DNA of 63,467 nt, filler included, from Phoronis australis (lineage: Eukaryota; Animalia; Phoronida): assembly GCA_002633005.1 (NCBI GenBank). It is 11 parts of 11 records of this genome, joined end to end, with 100 filler letters (N's around TTAATTAATTAA, not from the genome) between each part and the next. Parts side by side here need not be neighbours in the genome. Positions count along the whole stretch, not along the records: positions 6,407 to 14,132 come from NMRA01001986.1; positions 14,233 to 27,505 come from NMRA01001394.1; 9 more parts are not named here. The stretch is one strand, 5' to 3'. Position numbers and translations under genes: made by a program. Of this stretch, positions 10,851 to 24,186 are shown piece after piece. The notes beneath the pieces were generated by a model that worked only from the letters and a program-made list of their open reading frames with translations, searched no databases and was not told the origin of the DNA. Positions within the stretch are counted from its first letter, which is position 1. Each line of letters starts with the position of its first letter.

Positions 10851-13800
10851 CTGTGTCAACCATGCTTTACTATACCAAACCTAGGTCTGACCTGTTCTAA
10901 AGTCAAACCTAGTTAAGGTCTTATTGCAGGTCTAAGGGATTTAAACCTCGGTGGTGAAATGAAAACTGGCTTAGATGAGGTTTAAACTGGAGTTAAACCA
11001 GGTTTTACTAGACCACTTATCTAACAATTAATCCAACTTAATGAAGCACAGATTATCTTTAAACCTGGTCTAAGTCCAATTTAAACCAGGTTTAACCAAC
11101 TTGATGAAATTGCCTGTCAAGTCCAGCCATTCACCCCTTAATTGCAATTCGCATTCAAATGCACCCAGTAAGCTAGAAAGGTCATCCCACTGCATTTAAT
11201 GTCATAACCAGTACATTGGCAATGACTGATCAGAAATCCTCCACTGTTAGGCATTGGTATTCACGGTGGTCGGAAATTATTTCAAATTCCTCCAAACGTT
11301 TTTCCCAGCACAGAGAAACTAGAACGATCTATTGAAAGCAATGGCAATTCTCCAATTATCCCACACAAAAGAAATTTTGTCTTAATAGTCGTGGTAAGCC
11401 AAATAAACTGAATACAGACTTAGTAATTGTCGGGTGACTGAGTAGCCAAGCACCCCTAACTGCCTGCGTGTGAATTTAACAAAATGCTGTCTATGGGTTG
11501 CCAGCGTACAATTAACTTTATTCTGTTCCAATATAAGAGTACTTCACACCATCATTGGTGAAACATTCTGTTGAGCATATGCCTCTTAGTGACAGGACAC
11601 TCATCCAGGTCACCCTTTCACCACACATTTAAGGATATCTCAAACCTTATTCACAAAAATTGGCCGTTTTTACAATATTTCACATGTCTACCTAAATACC
11701 CTATCATCATTCTTGGGAAACTTCGAATGCGAAATATATATCGCGTAGCAAGAAAAAAGATTTAGCAGAACCACCACAGTGTGGAAATTTGCTTACTAAA
11801 TTATTCGAGGTCAAAGGTTACAGGGCTGTCACTTAATTCGAATCTCCCGCCCGGCATAGAGCAGCTCCGTATGTGCCTTTAGTCCTTTCATTCACCAAGT
11901 CGCCACAACATTCAGTCAACAAGGTGTATAGAAAGATGCCAGAAAAAGCAAGACAAAACTTGTGTGTCTGCATGCATACGACCCTTGAGAACGAATGCTC
12001 CGAGTCGCCGCATGCTTCTGTGACTTTGTGTTCATGAACACAGCAAGTTGTGAAAAGAGCTTTAAATCCTCACCCAAGTTCATTAAGTTGATAGATAATT
12101 TGACATTTCGCCGTTTCGATCTCGCGCTCACGACGTGCTTTAACCAAAGATTTGATTTCATTTCATATCAGTCTCCCGTCGCGTGGTGTGTATAATAAAA
12201 AAGTAGTCCCATCTGTCAGACTGGAGACAGTCACAAAATTAAAACATTTTAGCGATAATTAAGCACTCCAAATTCAGTTGACATTGCGAGCGAATGGTGA
12301 ATTAGTGAACACGGTCAAGGCATGTATAGGTTATATTGACCGAAAACAAGTTTTCACCAAATAATTAACCGAAGACCTAAGTGATACTTTCACATCTCAC
12401 AACTTAATCGGCTTTTTTCCGCTTCGGCAAATTGACTAACCCGGAAATTTGAACTTAGGAACACAAAAACGGCTCCAAACTCGATATTTATTCATCAATC
12501 TCAAAAACGCTGTTAGTATTTTTGATAAAGGCCTAGTTTTTGCGTAATGTAACAAATGTACAACTGCTATCTTTTACAAAAATACCTTAAATGTTGCAAG
12601 TTGATTTGTCATAGAAACCAAACTAAAAGACTAATCGAAAATTCCTAACAACGTTTTTGAGGTGATTGGTGAAGTTCTCATTTAAAAAAGGTTTCATTGA
12701 AATCGATTGAGGGTTATTTTGGTATGAATGTACCTTCCTTAAAAATGAAATTTTGACTGTAAAAAGTTGTTAATGTAGTAATAATGACAAATAATATATA
12801 AAACATGTTTTTATAATCCCTGACCTTTTTTCTTTCAGAAAATATATACTTTTACTCGTAAACAAAGCCTGTTTTTTCGATATACGAGTTAGAATGGATG
12901 CCACTAAATAAGGCTTGAGATAACCTTAAATGGTGAATGTATAATATTCAACCTTATTAACAGTTAAAGAGGTCTTGATATTTTCGGAAGTGCAAAACTG
13001 ACAAAGCCTCCTGCAAAATAAGTGAGGGACAAATATTTTTACAAATGATTTTTGGTGCGCAAAATGAGGCGAGCGAGCTAAATAAGTAGAAAATTATTGT
13101 ACCCTTTAAATAGATTTTTGCTCAACTTTACAGGCTCAACTCGCAGGCTCAGGCCCAGCCTGACGATTCTAAAGATGCCAGGACAGTAAGACCAAGTGAA
13201 CACTACTTTGTACCTGCTCCAGTTCAATGACGTAATACATCACTTTTGTAATAAAAATCAATCTGTTTGAAAGTGCTCGAGTTCCTCTTAAAAAATTGGT
13301 CATATACTGCACTGCTGGGTAATGATGAACTGATAAACACTGTTTATGTCATCATATGCTTGATTGAGACAACTGAGACTCTTCTCGCAAAGACGGGTGT
13401 TTCAGCCTTGACAAGGGAGTTGGGCAAATGCGCAAGTTTACAAAACGGTTAACAGCAAACGTATATCACAATTCAGACTCAGATGAAACCCTGTCAAGAC
13501 ATTATGATCAAGACAAAAACTGAAGGAAAACGAAAATCTCTTTGAAAACTACAATGTCAGACAAGTGGTGCTAGAGAAGTCTATTTCATCTGAAGAGCAA
13601 CTTCACCCAAAGTATTCCCACCAAATAACTCTGCGTCAAAGCCTATCAAGTTCTTTTCTCAAGAACTCATAATGGAAAAGTAGTTCTTGTCAAAAACTAA
13701 AACAGCCAACAGGGGTTGCCATGAACGCCAGATCTGTCCGAAAATCCACATTCTCACCCGTTACCGTGCCCCTGTGTCGAGTTTCATCACACTGTTTGCG

Positions 13801-14232
13801 AGACAACCAGCAGACAACCGAAGGTAACAAAGGACAGGTGGTGGATGGGATGTCCACTATGTGGGACTACAATTTTTTGAGGGGGCACATGCCTCCTGGT
13901 ATACAGTCATGTAGTGTTATGACAGGTATAGAACAAACGTTTACACATATACTTCTTTGAAAAGTCAGAGTTCATTGCAACAGTTCAGATAGATAATATG
14001 AGGATGTATATACAACAAAGGACTACACATAATACTTCTTTGAAAAGTCAGAGCTCATTGCAACAGTTCAGATAGATAATACGAACATGTAGGTGTGTTT
14101 CACTGCATTTAGTTTACACACAGGCTTCTTTCNNNNNNNNNNNNNNNNNNNNNNNNNNNNNNNNNNNNNNNNNNNNTTAATTAATTAANNNNNNNNNNNN
14201 NNNNNNNNNNNNNNNNNNNNNNNNNNNNNNNN

Positions 14233-15160
14233 GTCGGTCATTGTTCTACCTCGGATGTGATAAGTTCGGTCGTCGTTTGCTTTTGTTTATGAGTCAGTCA
14301 ACATGCCACGCTGTTGCTGCGTACCAGGATGTACTCATTATCGTCTCACACGCACTTTGGGTACCTTGCATTGCTTTCCAAAGGATGACACACTTCGCCG
14401 TACTTGGCTAGCTCGTTCGTGTGAAGAACGCAGCGCTACCCGCTCACGCAACATACAAAGCAGTGGCAAGCATTTTCAGCCGTCAGATTGTGACAGAGAT
14501 ATGTACGCTGAATTGATGAAGGTCCCTGCGAAACAACGCCTGAGGAAGGGTTCCATACTGTCGCTGCTGATTCCCGGCAGTGCCACGTCGCCTCCCGCGA
14601 GAAGTGCATTTTTGAAGCGAGAAGCCTCGCGAGCTGTGGCCAGTATAAACAGTGACTGGAGGCACTTCATCTACTGTCACCCAAGCCTCCGAACGTTCCC
14701 CATAGCGTGCAATTTCAGGAACTAGCAGTGATTCCCCATGTGCTGTTGTCTCTAGCCCAGAGCCTGTAAGCAGCCCTGCAGCGAAGTTGAGTAGTGGGAG
14801 TGAATACAGGCCCAGTTTGACACCCAGTGAAAAGTACAGTTTGTCATCCAATGAACAGATCGCTTAGCCTAAATTTGATAAGTTTGTTGTAGACTTGTAT
14901 TGGAGCTATTTAGAAGGTGCCACGTGTGTGACGAGGGAGTCGAACGGCGGGACTTTGTAAGCAGTTTGGGTGCTCAAGTCACCATCCACTGGGAGTGTGT
15001 CGCGGTACACTCGGGCAAGTGGGACAGTTCTTTCTATGTACGTGAGACGATAATGAGTACATCTCGGTAGGCAGCAACAGCGTGGCATGTTTACTGACTC
15101 GTAAACAAAAGCAAACGACGACCGAACTTATCACCACCGAGGTAGAACAATGACTGACTC
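14233..15160. repeat. Inverted duplication (~120-bp arms) containing the THAP start codon in both arms
   Basis: 14233-14352 is the reverse complement of ~15040-15160 with few mismatches; the minus copy translates MPRCCCLPRCTHYRLT (ORF 14906..15088). The left arm runs into a gap. Confidence 0.9.
14303..14850 (+). pseudogene. THAP zinc-finger protein pseudogene (probably transposon-derived)
   Basis: MPRCCCVPGC..LHCFPKDDTLRRTW..SGKHF..LRKGSILSL is a THAP C2CH signature with the third Cys replaced (QSSGKHF) and a degenerate AVP box. A Ser-rich continuation lies in another frame, implying a frameshift. Confidence 0.75.
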
Positions 15161-15194
15161 GACTGCTCTCACAGTCAGACTGCATGAAAAGAAA

Positions 15195-15290
15195 TTGGCG
15201 CGAAATTCTTGCCTCCCAAAACGTCACTTCCGGAGTAAACGACGAGTAATTAATTAAATTACGAAAAGCTGTAAATAAGTGAAAAATATG
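15195..15290 (+). promoter_or_regulatory. Candidate TMEM230 (possibly bidirectional) promoter with E2F and overlapping CRE/ETS motifs
   Basis: TTGGCGCGAAA (E2F-like) and ACGTCACTTCCGG (CRE half-site + ETS); candidate 5'UTR-exon donor ATG|GTATGA at ~15413, upstream of the acceptor at 15768. Confidence 0.45.
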
Positions 15291-15771
15291 ATTATGTTAA
15301 TAACCCAAACATTAGTAGGCAAAATTCTGATATCTTGGGCAGTCGTTTGTGATCGCCATCGGTGAACAAGATCTGGATCGCTAATCATGTCTTTGTATTG
15401 TAAGCTTCTCATGGTATGAAATCTAATTTTTTGTCTGATTTGGGTTGAATGATGAGAAGGCACGACGGACAACTGACAAGCTATTCGCATGTGAACTTCT
15501 TAGAGGACAAATTAGTTGTCCGTCTGCCTTTTTGAACGGCACATGGACGCAGTATTAACCTGTAAGCAGCTACATGCACCAAGAGACTTACTTTCATCTT
15601 CACCTATCATGTCCCTCAATAAATTGCATAGATGACCATGAACTAGGGATAAAAATTGCGGTAATGGTAGTGTTTTCATGGCTTTGTAACCATAGTTTTG
15701 TTTTCAGCAACATCAGTCTCCCTGATAGTCAGCCAGTGTTGTTAGGACCCGTGTAACTGTTATTTCAGGAG

Positions 15772-15849
15772 ATGGTTCGCAAAATGGCCACTAGCCAGGC
15801 CGAATACCATAGGTTAACGCCCACTGATGGAGGATTTGTTGATCTGCAG
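15772..15849 (+). CDS. TMEM230: Transmembrane protein 230, first coding exon
   Basis: MVRKMATSQAEYHRLTPTDGGFVDLQ resembles the TMEM230 N-terminus (..YSRLSSTDDGYIDLQ); acceptor TTTCAG at 15768, donor CAG|GTAATT at 15850, phase 0. Confidence 0.9.
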
Positions 15850-18800
15850 GTAATTTCATCATTGTTATAGCTGTGGCTGTGATCTATAAACAAGGAGTAA
15901 TACTTGACGTAACATATGGAATGTACCGGGAATTTTTTCAGTTTGGCACACAATATTGCAGGCAGATGAAATTTTATTTTGTCAAATTTCTCAACACAAA
16001 TATCTTCAGGAAAATGTAGTTTGCTTTTAGCACATGGTTTGTATCACGTTTTTTTACCAAAACTCAATTGGTAAAAATAGTAGTTGCAGCAATGTGTTTA
16101 AGCCTCTGCAAACAGAAATGTGGCAATTTCGGGAATTATTTTTATTTCAAATTGAAGAATTTTTACAGTAGTGTTATCTCATTCACGTGGTGAAAAAGGA
16201 ACAATTTCCTTTTGTCATGACACTCTTCATTATGAATGCTTGACACCTGCTAAGAGTACATAGACACTTACTACAGCACCTGGACTTTTATGTCATTACA
16301 ATCTTCTTTTTGGATATTAGGGAACTTAGATGGGTGTCAGTGAACCTCTGCTTGTTTGTGGCAGCATTCTTTCTGCCCATTTTACAGACTACAGACTATA
16401 AATCCTTCGTTGAATATTGAGAACCGTTTTGGTTGTTTGATCGGCAAAAATTTGTTAATTACAACTGTTCGTGGAAAAAAAGAGAAAAAACATGAATTGC
16501 AACAGTTACTACTGTTCAGTTGATACATTCCTACCTCTACTGTGTAACCTGCCTGAGTAACACAATATGGTGACTTTACGTGTGTACACCTGGGGCTATC
16601 AAAGCAGGCCTTCATCTAGAGTGCATCTGAATGGACATCCTAACTCAACTTTAGACACCCTTGCACTGTTCAGCATTTTGACAAGTAAGCATGGACCTTT
16701 CTTTTCACTTGCTAGCAGCAGCCCTGGGATCCTCTTTGGCCTGTTCACAATAGAAAGTGGATTTTAGAATGATGTAAGATATGCAAATTAAACGTTACTG
16801 TAGTAACAGTAACATAGAACATTATAGCAGCAACTTTAAGTAAATAACATATTAGTAGCCTATCAGTGGTTGCCTTTAAAAATTGAGAAACTCCTTTTAG
16901 ATTTTTTTGAAATCTTGGATGAACCCCTGTATTAGAATGATCATAATACCCCCAAAGAATGCGGAGAGCCTCCTAGTGTCATATTCTAAAAAAATCACTC
17001 CTGCAACCTGTAAATTGCTCAAGATAAGAAGCAGCAGAGAGACACGCAAAACGTCAAGTTTCTTCTGCACTACTTTTTGATTCCCTCAGACTCGTTTGAT
17101 AGAGCTTTAGTATAAAACAGATAGATGGCACTAGATGTGCTACTGACACTGAAACATGAAAAATATAATACACTTATGACTTACACTTATAGGGGTTTAT
17201 ACGCTGTCATATTTTGGTTATTTGTAGCAAGGTAGTTATCCTTGTGAATAATACTTTCTTGTTTTGTGTCATGTCCAACTTAATTTATTTTGTTTTTTGT
17301 TGTAACCTTAGCAACATTGTATTCCACTAACGAACCTTGATGTAAACTTAGTAATGATATTGCGATGATGAGTGGAATGTTTTGCGAATTGGACGTTTTA
17401 AAGTTTGAATAAATTATAGCCCGAAGAGCCAAAGAAGCTACAAACCTCTTCTAGTCGAAAAATGGTGGTAGGAATTGTGTAATCTTTGTTTGAAGTTGTT
17501 GATGGTATCTGTGTTATAACAGAACTAACCTGAACTGTGCAAAGTCTTGTTTTGTTTTATTATGCTACAAGGTCTTGTTTTGTATTATTATGCTACAAGG
17601 TTTTGTTTTGTTTTATGCTACAACTGCTCAACACTACAAACAGACTGTTGCTGATATTCTTTGTAGACATTTTTTTGTAAAATTGGCTTTCAAAATTAAA
17701 AGAAGATTGGTCAGTTTTGTAAAAAAAGTTTTAGTCGGAAACATAATATAACTTTATGAACTTTTGTCTTGTCAATTTTCTTTCATGGATAAAAAATGAC
17801 CAACTCTTGCAAAAGGTTATTTCAGTCCAGTGTTTTAAAAATTCCAACTAAAAGTTGGTTATGAGACATTTTGCAAATCATTTTTTTTTTTCAAAATTAT
17901 TATATCATTATATTTTTTGGAAAATGTGAATTGTTACCACCAATCTTGCTTTAAGGAAGTTTACCTCTACAATCTGAGGTTGTGTATCCTGGATAGTTTG
18001 GCATTAAAATATTGAATGAACGATCAGAATTGATTTTTTCAATTCTATTTCGCCGTGCTCCTTCAAAACAGGAAAAGTTTTTAAAATCTAAATAATTTAT
18101 TTTTATTCACTAGATAGGTATGAATTGATTGCACTGTTTCTTTGTTCAGTATTTGTTACTTTTTTGTTATTGACAAGTTTGTTTGTTTCATCTGTTCATA
18201 ATCAGTCTGTTAAAAATCAATAAGCCCATGTGATGTGTCATTGTGCCTACTATGCAGGGGAGCACACAGTCAGAGGATAAGGTAACCTTTATAATTCAAA
18301 ACCATTAAAATAAGATTAGCAAATCAACAAGACTTAGTGTGTGCATTTTCAGTATTGGTAAGTGCCCGTGTGCATTTTTGTCAAAATATGAAAGAATCCA
18401 AGAGTAATTAGGTTGGCAGCTGCTCCTATAAAAGAGTTCAAGGAAGTAATAAAACATCGGATTCCATGGATCTTTTTCTTTTATGGTATTGAAAGCACGG
18501 GCAGATTTAGGGGTTAGGGGGGTTGTATGCCATCCAAGCATGACAAAAATGTGTCTGCATACAATATGTCTCCACTTATAAACCACACTCACCTCATTTC
18601 ATACACCCAAAAGTAGCACTAAGGGAACTATCAACCCAAAGCCCTGTCATATTAATGTTGTCCTCTTAAACTGTCTGCACATTATATACCTTTTCACCCT
18701 TTATTCATTCGTTTGAATATGGGATATCTTCCCCTGTTGTAATTATGAGGTGAAAAGGGTCACCTATATGAGTGTGGTGTCGTGCTCAAAAGAGTCAACA

Positions 18801-19254
18801 ATGATGGAATCGCGTTGACAACCTGTTGGCATCATTTCATTAAATTCACACGGGCAGTTGATAACCCTTGGTTACTTTAATTTCGCACACTCGTTAACTA
18901 CGAAGTCTGTATGTTCAGTTTATTTGGCACACTCTTACTAGCTGGAAAATATGGTGAATTTGTTGTTTGAAATAAATTGAGAATTGCAATGTTAGAAGAC
19001 TTTGAAAAACGAAAATGGGTAATTTTGGCAATTTTTTTGTCCGAAATTGGTGAGATTTTACATAGTAGTTGTATTGTTTTTGCTTTAATTAATGTCAGTC
19101 ACATTACATATCTCTACACGCTACATGAAGAAGTTTGGAACTTCTGTATGGAAACATTAATCCTATGATTGTTTAGCAACAGAACTTTGTCTGAAAGTAC
19201 TGTGAAGGTAAATGAAACAATAGACCAATGACTGTCACGATGTTTTTGTTTCAG

Positions 19255-19380
19255 TTTGATCAAGGCTTGCCCACCAAAATTCCGTACAAGGCCATCCTGC
19301 TTGCTGTAGGTCTGTTCGTTGCTGGCTCTATTCTTATTGCGGTAGGGGCGTGTTTAGTAGCAGGGGTCTTTGATGAAAAG
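19255..19380 (+). CDS. TMEM230: Transmembrane protein 230, second coding exon (TM1)
   Basis: FDQGLPTKIPYKAILLAVGLFVAGSILIAVGACLVAGVFDEK (KIPYKAI motif); canonical AG/GT, 126 bp, phase 0-0. Confidence 0.95.
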
Positions 19381-20134
19381 GTTGGTAGTATTTTAAGTTA
19401 CCCATTGATTTGATTGCATTTCAGACAATGCATAAACAACTTAGTTCTTTGTGCAGTACGTTAAAACACTGGTAACTTCTATATGGTTATGTAAGACTCA
19501 ACGAAAATTCCAACTTTGGCAAATCTTGGAACATCATATCATAGAAACGGCTGATTGGATTCTCGTGAACCTTTCGGATACTGTGCTTTTTGCACTGTTC
19601 TCTAAAACACTGTAAGAATTATTTTTGAAACATTCTGGTTTTGTCTATCAAAGAAATTTAAGTTGGCTGCGTAAAATGAAAGCCAAGTGATAATTTACAC
19701 AACTGTAACAGCATTTCTGAGGTTTCACCTTGAATGTTTATATGAAACAAAACTTGGTCTTGTTGCTGATGATATTGTTTTGCTAAATTTCATAAAAAAG
19801 ACAAAGTCACTTGAACCAATTTATGGCAGATTGATATAGAATCAAAAATCAGCTTTCTACTTTCAGAAAATTTATACTTGTGCCAAGTTAAATTGTGTAA
19901 TTTGTACAAGTCATGTAGATGTATGGCTGAATACACACACTTGTTGCAGTTTGAAGGAAGTTTCAGTTTTATGAATTGTGGAACTGTGAGTGAGCATTCA
20001 AAAGTGGAAACTTGAGAATTTTGAGGGTGGGCCTTAAACTGTAAATTAGCACGAACCCGGATGATTATGGTAGTTAAAGAGTAAATGCTAATTCCAGAAA
20101 CAAGTCAACGGTTTCTCTATGGTTTCACTTTCAG

Positions 20135-20272
20135 TATGCTGACCGAACGTGGCCTGTCCTAGTGCTCGGAGCTCTGATGTTTATTCCTGGTGCCTACCAT
20201 GTCCGGATAGCCTACTATGCATACAAAGGATACAAGGGATACTCCTATTCAGACATACCTGAATTTGACTGA
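20135..20272 (+). CDS. TMEM230: Transmembrane protein 230, last coding exon (TM2 and C-terminus)
   Basis: [45 protein letters not shown] matches the conserved TMEM230 C-terminus ([28 protein letters not shown]); acceptor CTTTCAG at 20134. Confidence 0.97.
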   Translation, partial: YADRTWPVLVLGALMFIPGAYHVRIAYYAYKGYKGYSYSDIPEFD

Positions 20273-22126
20273 GACTCGTCAGTTAAGCGGATTTATCCTG
20301 ACCTTAGAAGCTCTTAGAGTTGTCATAAGGTTATGGTTTGATAGAGATGGATCAGTTTGCCACCAACATTTTTACTTTGTCATTCTGTTTGGTCAACCCA
20401 GTAAGTAAAAACAAGCAGGGTTTTATTATTTATAGCATGTGAACTTTTGTTGTTGACTTTGTTGCTTTACAAAGTGAAGGCTGTGTGCTGTTTGCACTAT
20501 AGTAGAAGTCTTCAATTTTCTGTAAAAACAGTTGCTTCTGGTCTTTACCTGACTCTTTTTGAAACCTGCGCTCACCAACTAAAAAAGGATCCCCCCACAT
20601 CAGTTTCAGCCATGATCTTGTGTTTTTATTGAAAAGCTTAATCAAGGCGTGTAAACATAGGTAAGCATGGTTAAAATGCAATATTTGTCAAGCCATGAAT
20701 AAAAAACAAATTCTGCATCATTTTTGCTCACCTCAGGTAGATTTTCTTTTTTGAGCATCTACAAAAAACACTGCTCCACTGACTCTATTTTCAAAAAAGG
20801 AGACCAGAAACAATTATGCTTTGTATTGATGCTAAGAATGAAATGGTTTGGTCAGACAGCAAATGTTTTCCTGTCCAACTTCTATTTAGGTAAAACTGGA
20901 GCATGTTGGCTGCCGTCCAGGACACCTCATGTATTTTTATGGCATCAAACGTCCCCTTGCAGGTGACCGTTATCTGTGCATGTGCAAACTTCAGTCAAAC
21001 TGCCTATCATTCTTCAGTTGTCATGTGACTTGCCATGTGTCTGCAGTCTGCACATGCGTATGTCTGAAGTCTGCACATGCGTGTGTCTGAAGTCTGCACA
21101 TATGCATATAACATTTACCTTTTAGGAGACCCCAGCAGTGTTCCAGATTGTTTGTTGTGTGAATCTGCTGAATACATCTTTGTTGGAAAAGGTTCCTTAG
21201 AAACTTATGAGAGATGGTGCTGTTAGTTTTAGCCTAAACATTTTTGTTAAGAACGGGGATGCACGTCCTGGGGGTACTTCACTCTATTTTTACCATTGTT
21301 GACTAGGAGGGGGTGCAACTGGAAAATTACCATTCCCTCACATTTAGAGAGTCGATTTGAGAAAGAGGGACTCGTTTTAGGGAGCTCTTATGAAAAGGTC
21401 TCCCCTTTGTAGGATTCAGTGCCAAAAGTATACCCCTTTTGTATAGTTTTAATTGCATGAACTTAACCCTTGTCAGAATTCTTGGACAGTTGACTGTTTA
21501 ACCCATTAAGCATGAAATGTGTGAGAGGCCATCTGGTGGCAAGAATGAGAACATCATTTTATCAAATGTTTAGAAATATGGACAACATCCAGTGACCTTC
21601 TAGATTGATGTAATTGGAAAAAATAAATTGCAGGAAATTAAATCAGAAATGCACCTTTTCATGGGAAAAGACATCCTTTTGTGGCAAAATGGTTGTGATA
21701 AAGTCAGCCTTCTGCACCGCATGTCCCATGTAGGCCATGGCTGTTCCCAAGAGGTCCATTGTAGTTTCACTTCTTGCTGTCTTGAAACTGTTAAAAAATT
21801 GTATTCCATGATTCTCGAGGAAGTGTTGCTATTGAAAAAGACCCTTTGGCCGCTACATTTTGGTAACTGTGTGAGAGGCACAGCTTCCTAGACATCAGAA
21901 ATGTTAAATGATTTCTGTACATGCAGGAGAATACATGTTGTTAATTGTTTCACTGTGTTGGTTTGTATGTAGTTTCAAAATATTTGATCAATGTTGAACA
22001 TGCAGGATTGTTCAAATTATCCTATCCTAGATTCATAGTTGCTTTTCATTTTTGAGGCTAGAAATGTATGTTTTTTAAACTTATTTTTGTTTTGTCTGTC
22101 TGTAAATATTAAAATAACTTATGTTC

Positions 22127-22132
22127 AATAAA
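22127..22132 (+). terminator. Candidate distal poly(A) signal of TMEM230 (a proximal AATAAA lies at ~20698)
   Basis: AATAAA at the end of a T-rich, 3'UTR-like tract, just before a compositional shift into TE sequence. Confidence 0.35.
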
Positions 22133-22804
22133 ATTTAGAAAATTTAAATGAACGTCAAATGCAACAACAAAAATTGAGGTCGGATATTCCACGAGATGAT
22201 CGTGCTAATAAAAGGGAGTCCTCTTGAGTCGGAATAGAGTGATTACCAGTTGGCAGGTGCACTATCCGTAAACGCAATATGCTCGCGAATGTGAAAGACC
22301 AGCAAGTCATGCAAGATATCGTTATGCATTACCATCGAAGTTCGTTGTCGCACTAGTCTTATTCTGGGCCCAGTTCACCTGCAACGGAGTGTTGGTGAGA
22401 TGAGGATTATGTTGCGCATTTTGCTTTGACGAAGCTATTGGGACAATGTTTCCTACTGAGTATGTGCGTGAACGTGTGATACCGCTACGGGCGTATTAAC
22501 ACAACTGGGTATAATGTAATTTATATCTGATCTTTTTGATATCACCGATTAACGCCTACGTTTCATGTTCTCAAGTGAAAATCCCAGCTGCAAAAATGTG
22601 ATTCGATCGAGCGTTCCGTTTTGAATATGTTTACAAGTTTATCATTTTCGAGAATTAGACCGGCAGCCCAGAGCACTTAGCATAGATGAACAAGGTACCA
22701 ACATCTAACCACGGGAGCATTTAAAGTCCACCGCAGTATGTACAGAAATGGACTCTGCCGTTGTCTGTACTCTGGGTGTGACCCCTGGGGGCCTTACAAA
22801 GAGC

Positions 22805-23700
22805 CCAAAAAATGAGCTAGACTAGATATTCGAGGTACCAACCAAAACTGATTTAAAACGAACAACAGTACCGCACTGAACACCGAATGACCCATGACAG
22901 ACAAATTGCACTCTGGAATAGGTCCGGCAGAAACCAAAAAAGGACCCCCAAAAATGAGCTAGCACATACATTCGAGGCTCTACACAAAACCAATTCCATA
23001 TGATTCAATAAATGTCACAGATCACTAAAACCCCTATGACAGACAAAATTCACTCTGGATTGTGCCCGGCACTAGAAACCTCCAAAAATCTCAAGCATGG
23101 TATGCCATCAAAAATTTGAGCTAGACTAGATTTTCGAGGTACCGGCCAAAACTGATTTTAAACGAACAATAGTACCGCACTGAACACCAAATGACCCATG
23201 ACAGACAAATTGCACTCTGGAATGGGTCCGGCAGAAACCAAAAAGGACCCCCCAAAAATGAGCGAGCACATTCATACGAGGTACCACACAAAACCAATTC
23301 CATATGATTCAATACATGTCACAGGTCACTAAATGCCCTATGACAGACAAAATACACTCTGGATTGTGCCTGGAAGAAACCCTCAAAAATCTCAACCACA
23401 ATATATGCTATCAAAAATTTGAGGTACGTTAGATACCCGAGGTACCGGCTAAAACTGACTTAAAACCAATAATCCACCAGATGACCATGACAGACAACAA
23501 ATTGTGCTCTGGAAGGCGTTCGCCAGAAACTCAATTACACCGTAAAAGAAGCTAGGTCATCATTCGGGGTACCACAATAAACAATTCCATGTGATTCAAA
23601 TAGATATTACTGGTTACCAAATACGCTATGACAGTTAAACCCTGTGTGGGTTGTGCTCGCCAGCCCCAGAAATCTCAACTACCGGTCAGTAATTTTGAAT
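22805..23700. repeat. Tandem array of ~304-bp units (each two ~150-bp subunits), ~3 copies, probably subterminal to the Academ-like element
   Basis: GAGCTAGACTAGAT.TTCGAGGTACC at 22814 and 23118, diverged at ~23421; ATGACAGACAAA..CACTCTGGA recurs about every 150 bp. Confidence 0.85.
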
Positions 23701-24186
23701 ATATATGACCTATTAGATAATGAGCTTATACTTTTGCGTCTACTGAGCTCTCACACTCGATGTCAAATGGATGATGGCGGAGAGTAAGCATTTTGGAAAG
23801 TACCTGATAACAGTAAAACTTTGGAATACCAGGAACTGTCTAAAACCAACCCACTTAGTGAAGTTTAAGAACGCAGATTGTGTAAAATGTAAAACGCTTT
23901 CAAAACTGCCAGCAGAAAGGTACGTCAACGACAACATATGGCCCCTAAATTTGCGCTAGATCGAGGAACCACGAAAATTATTTCCAAGGAGCCCTTTCAT
24001 CTCATTGACTACTAAACAATACGTTGAAAGAAAAATAACAGACGTGTTTTTAAATACCTTCTTTAATCAAAATAATCTACATGAAATAGAGCAACACTTT
24101 CAAACAGCATAGTAACAGATAGTCAAAATCACTGTATCAAGCTACATACTATATGTTTAATGTCAACAGTAGTTTCCTGTTCGTTT

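Larger units (their letters stand above)
8146..11114. mobile_element. Old PIF/Harbinger transposon: Myb/SANT-like gene plus convergent decayed transposase
   Basis: Two-gene Harbinger architecture; degenerate terminal similarity (ATTTCAT at ~8150 vs ATGAAAT at ~11104); clustered near-palindromic AAACCAGGTTT/AAACCTGGT motifs in both subterminal regions. Boundaries approximate. Confidence 0.85.
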
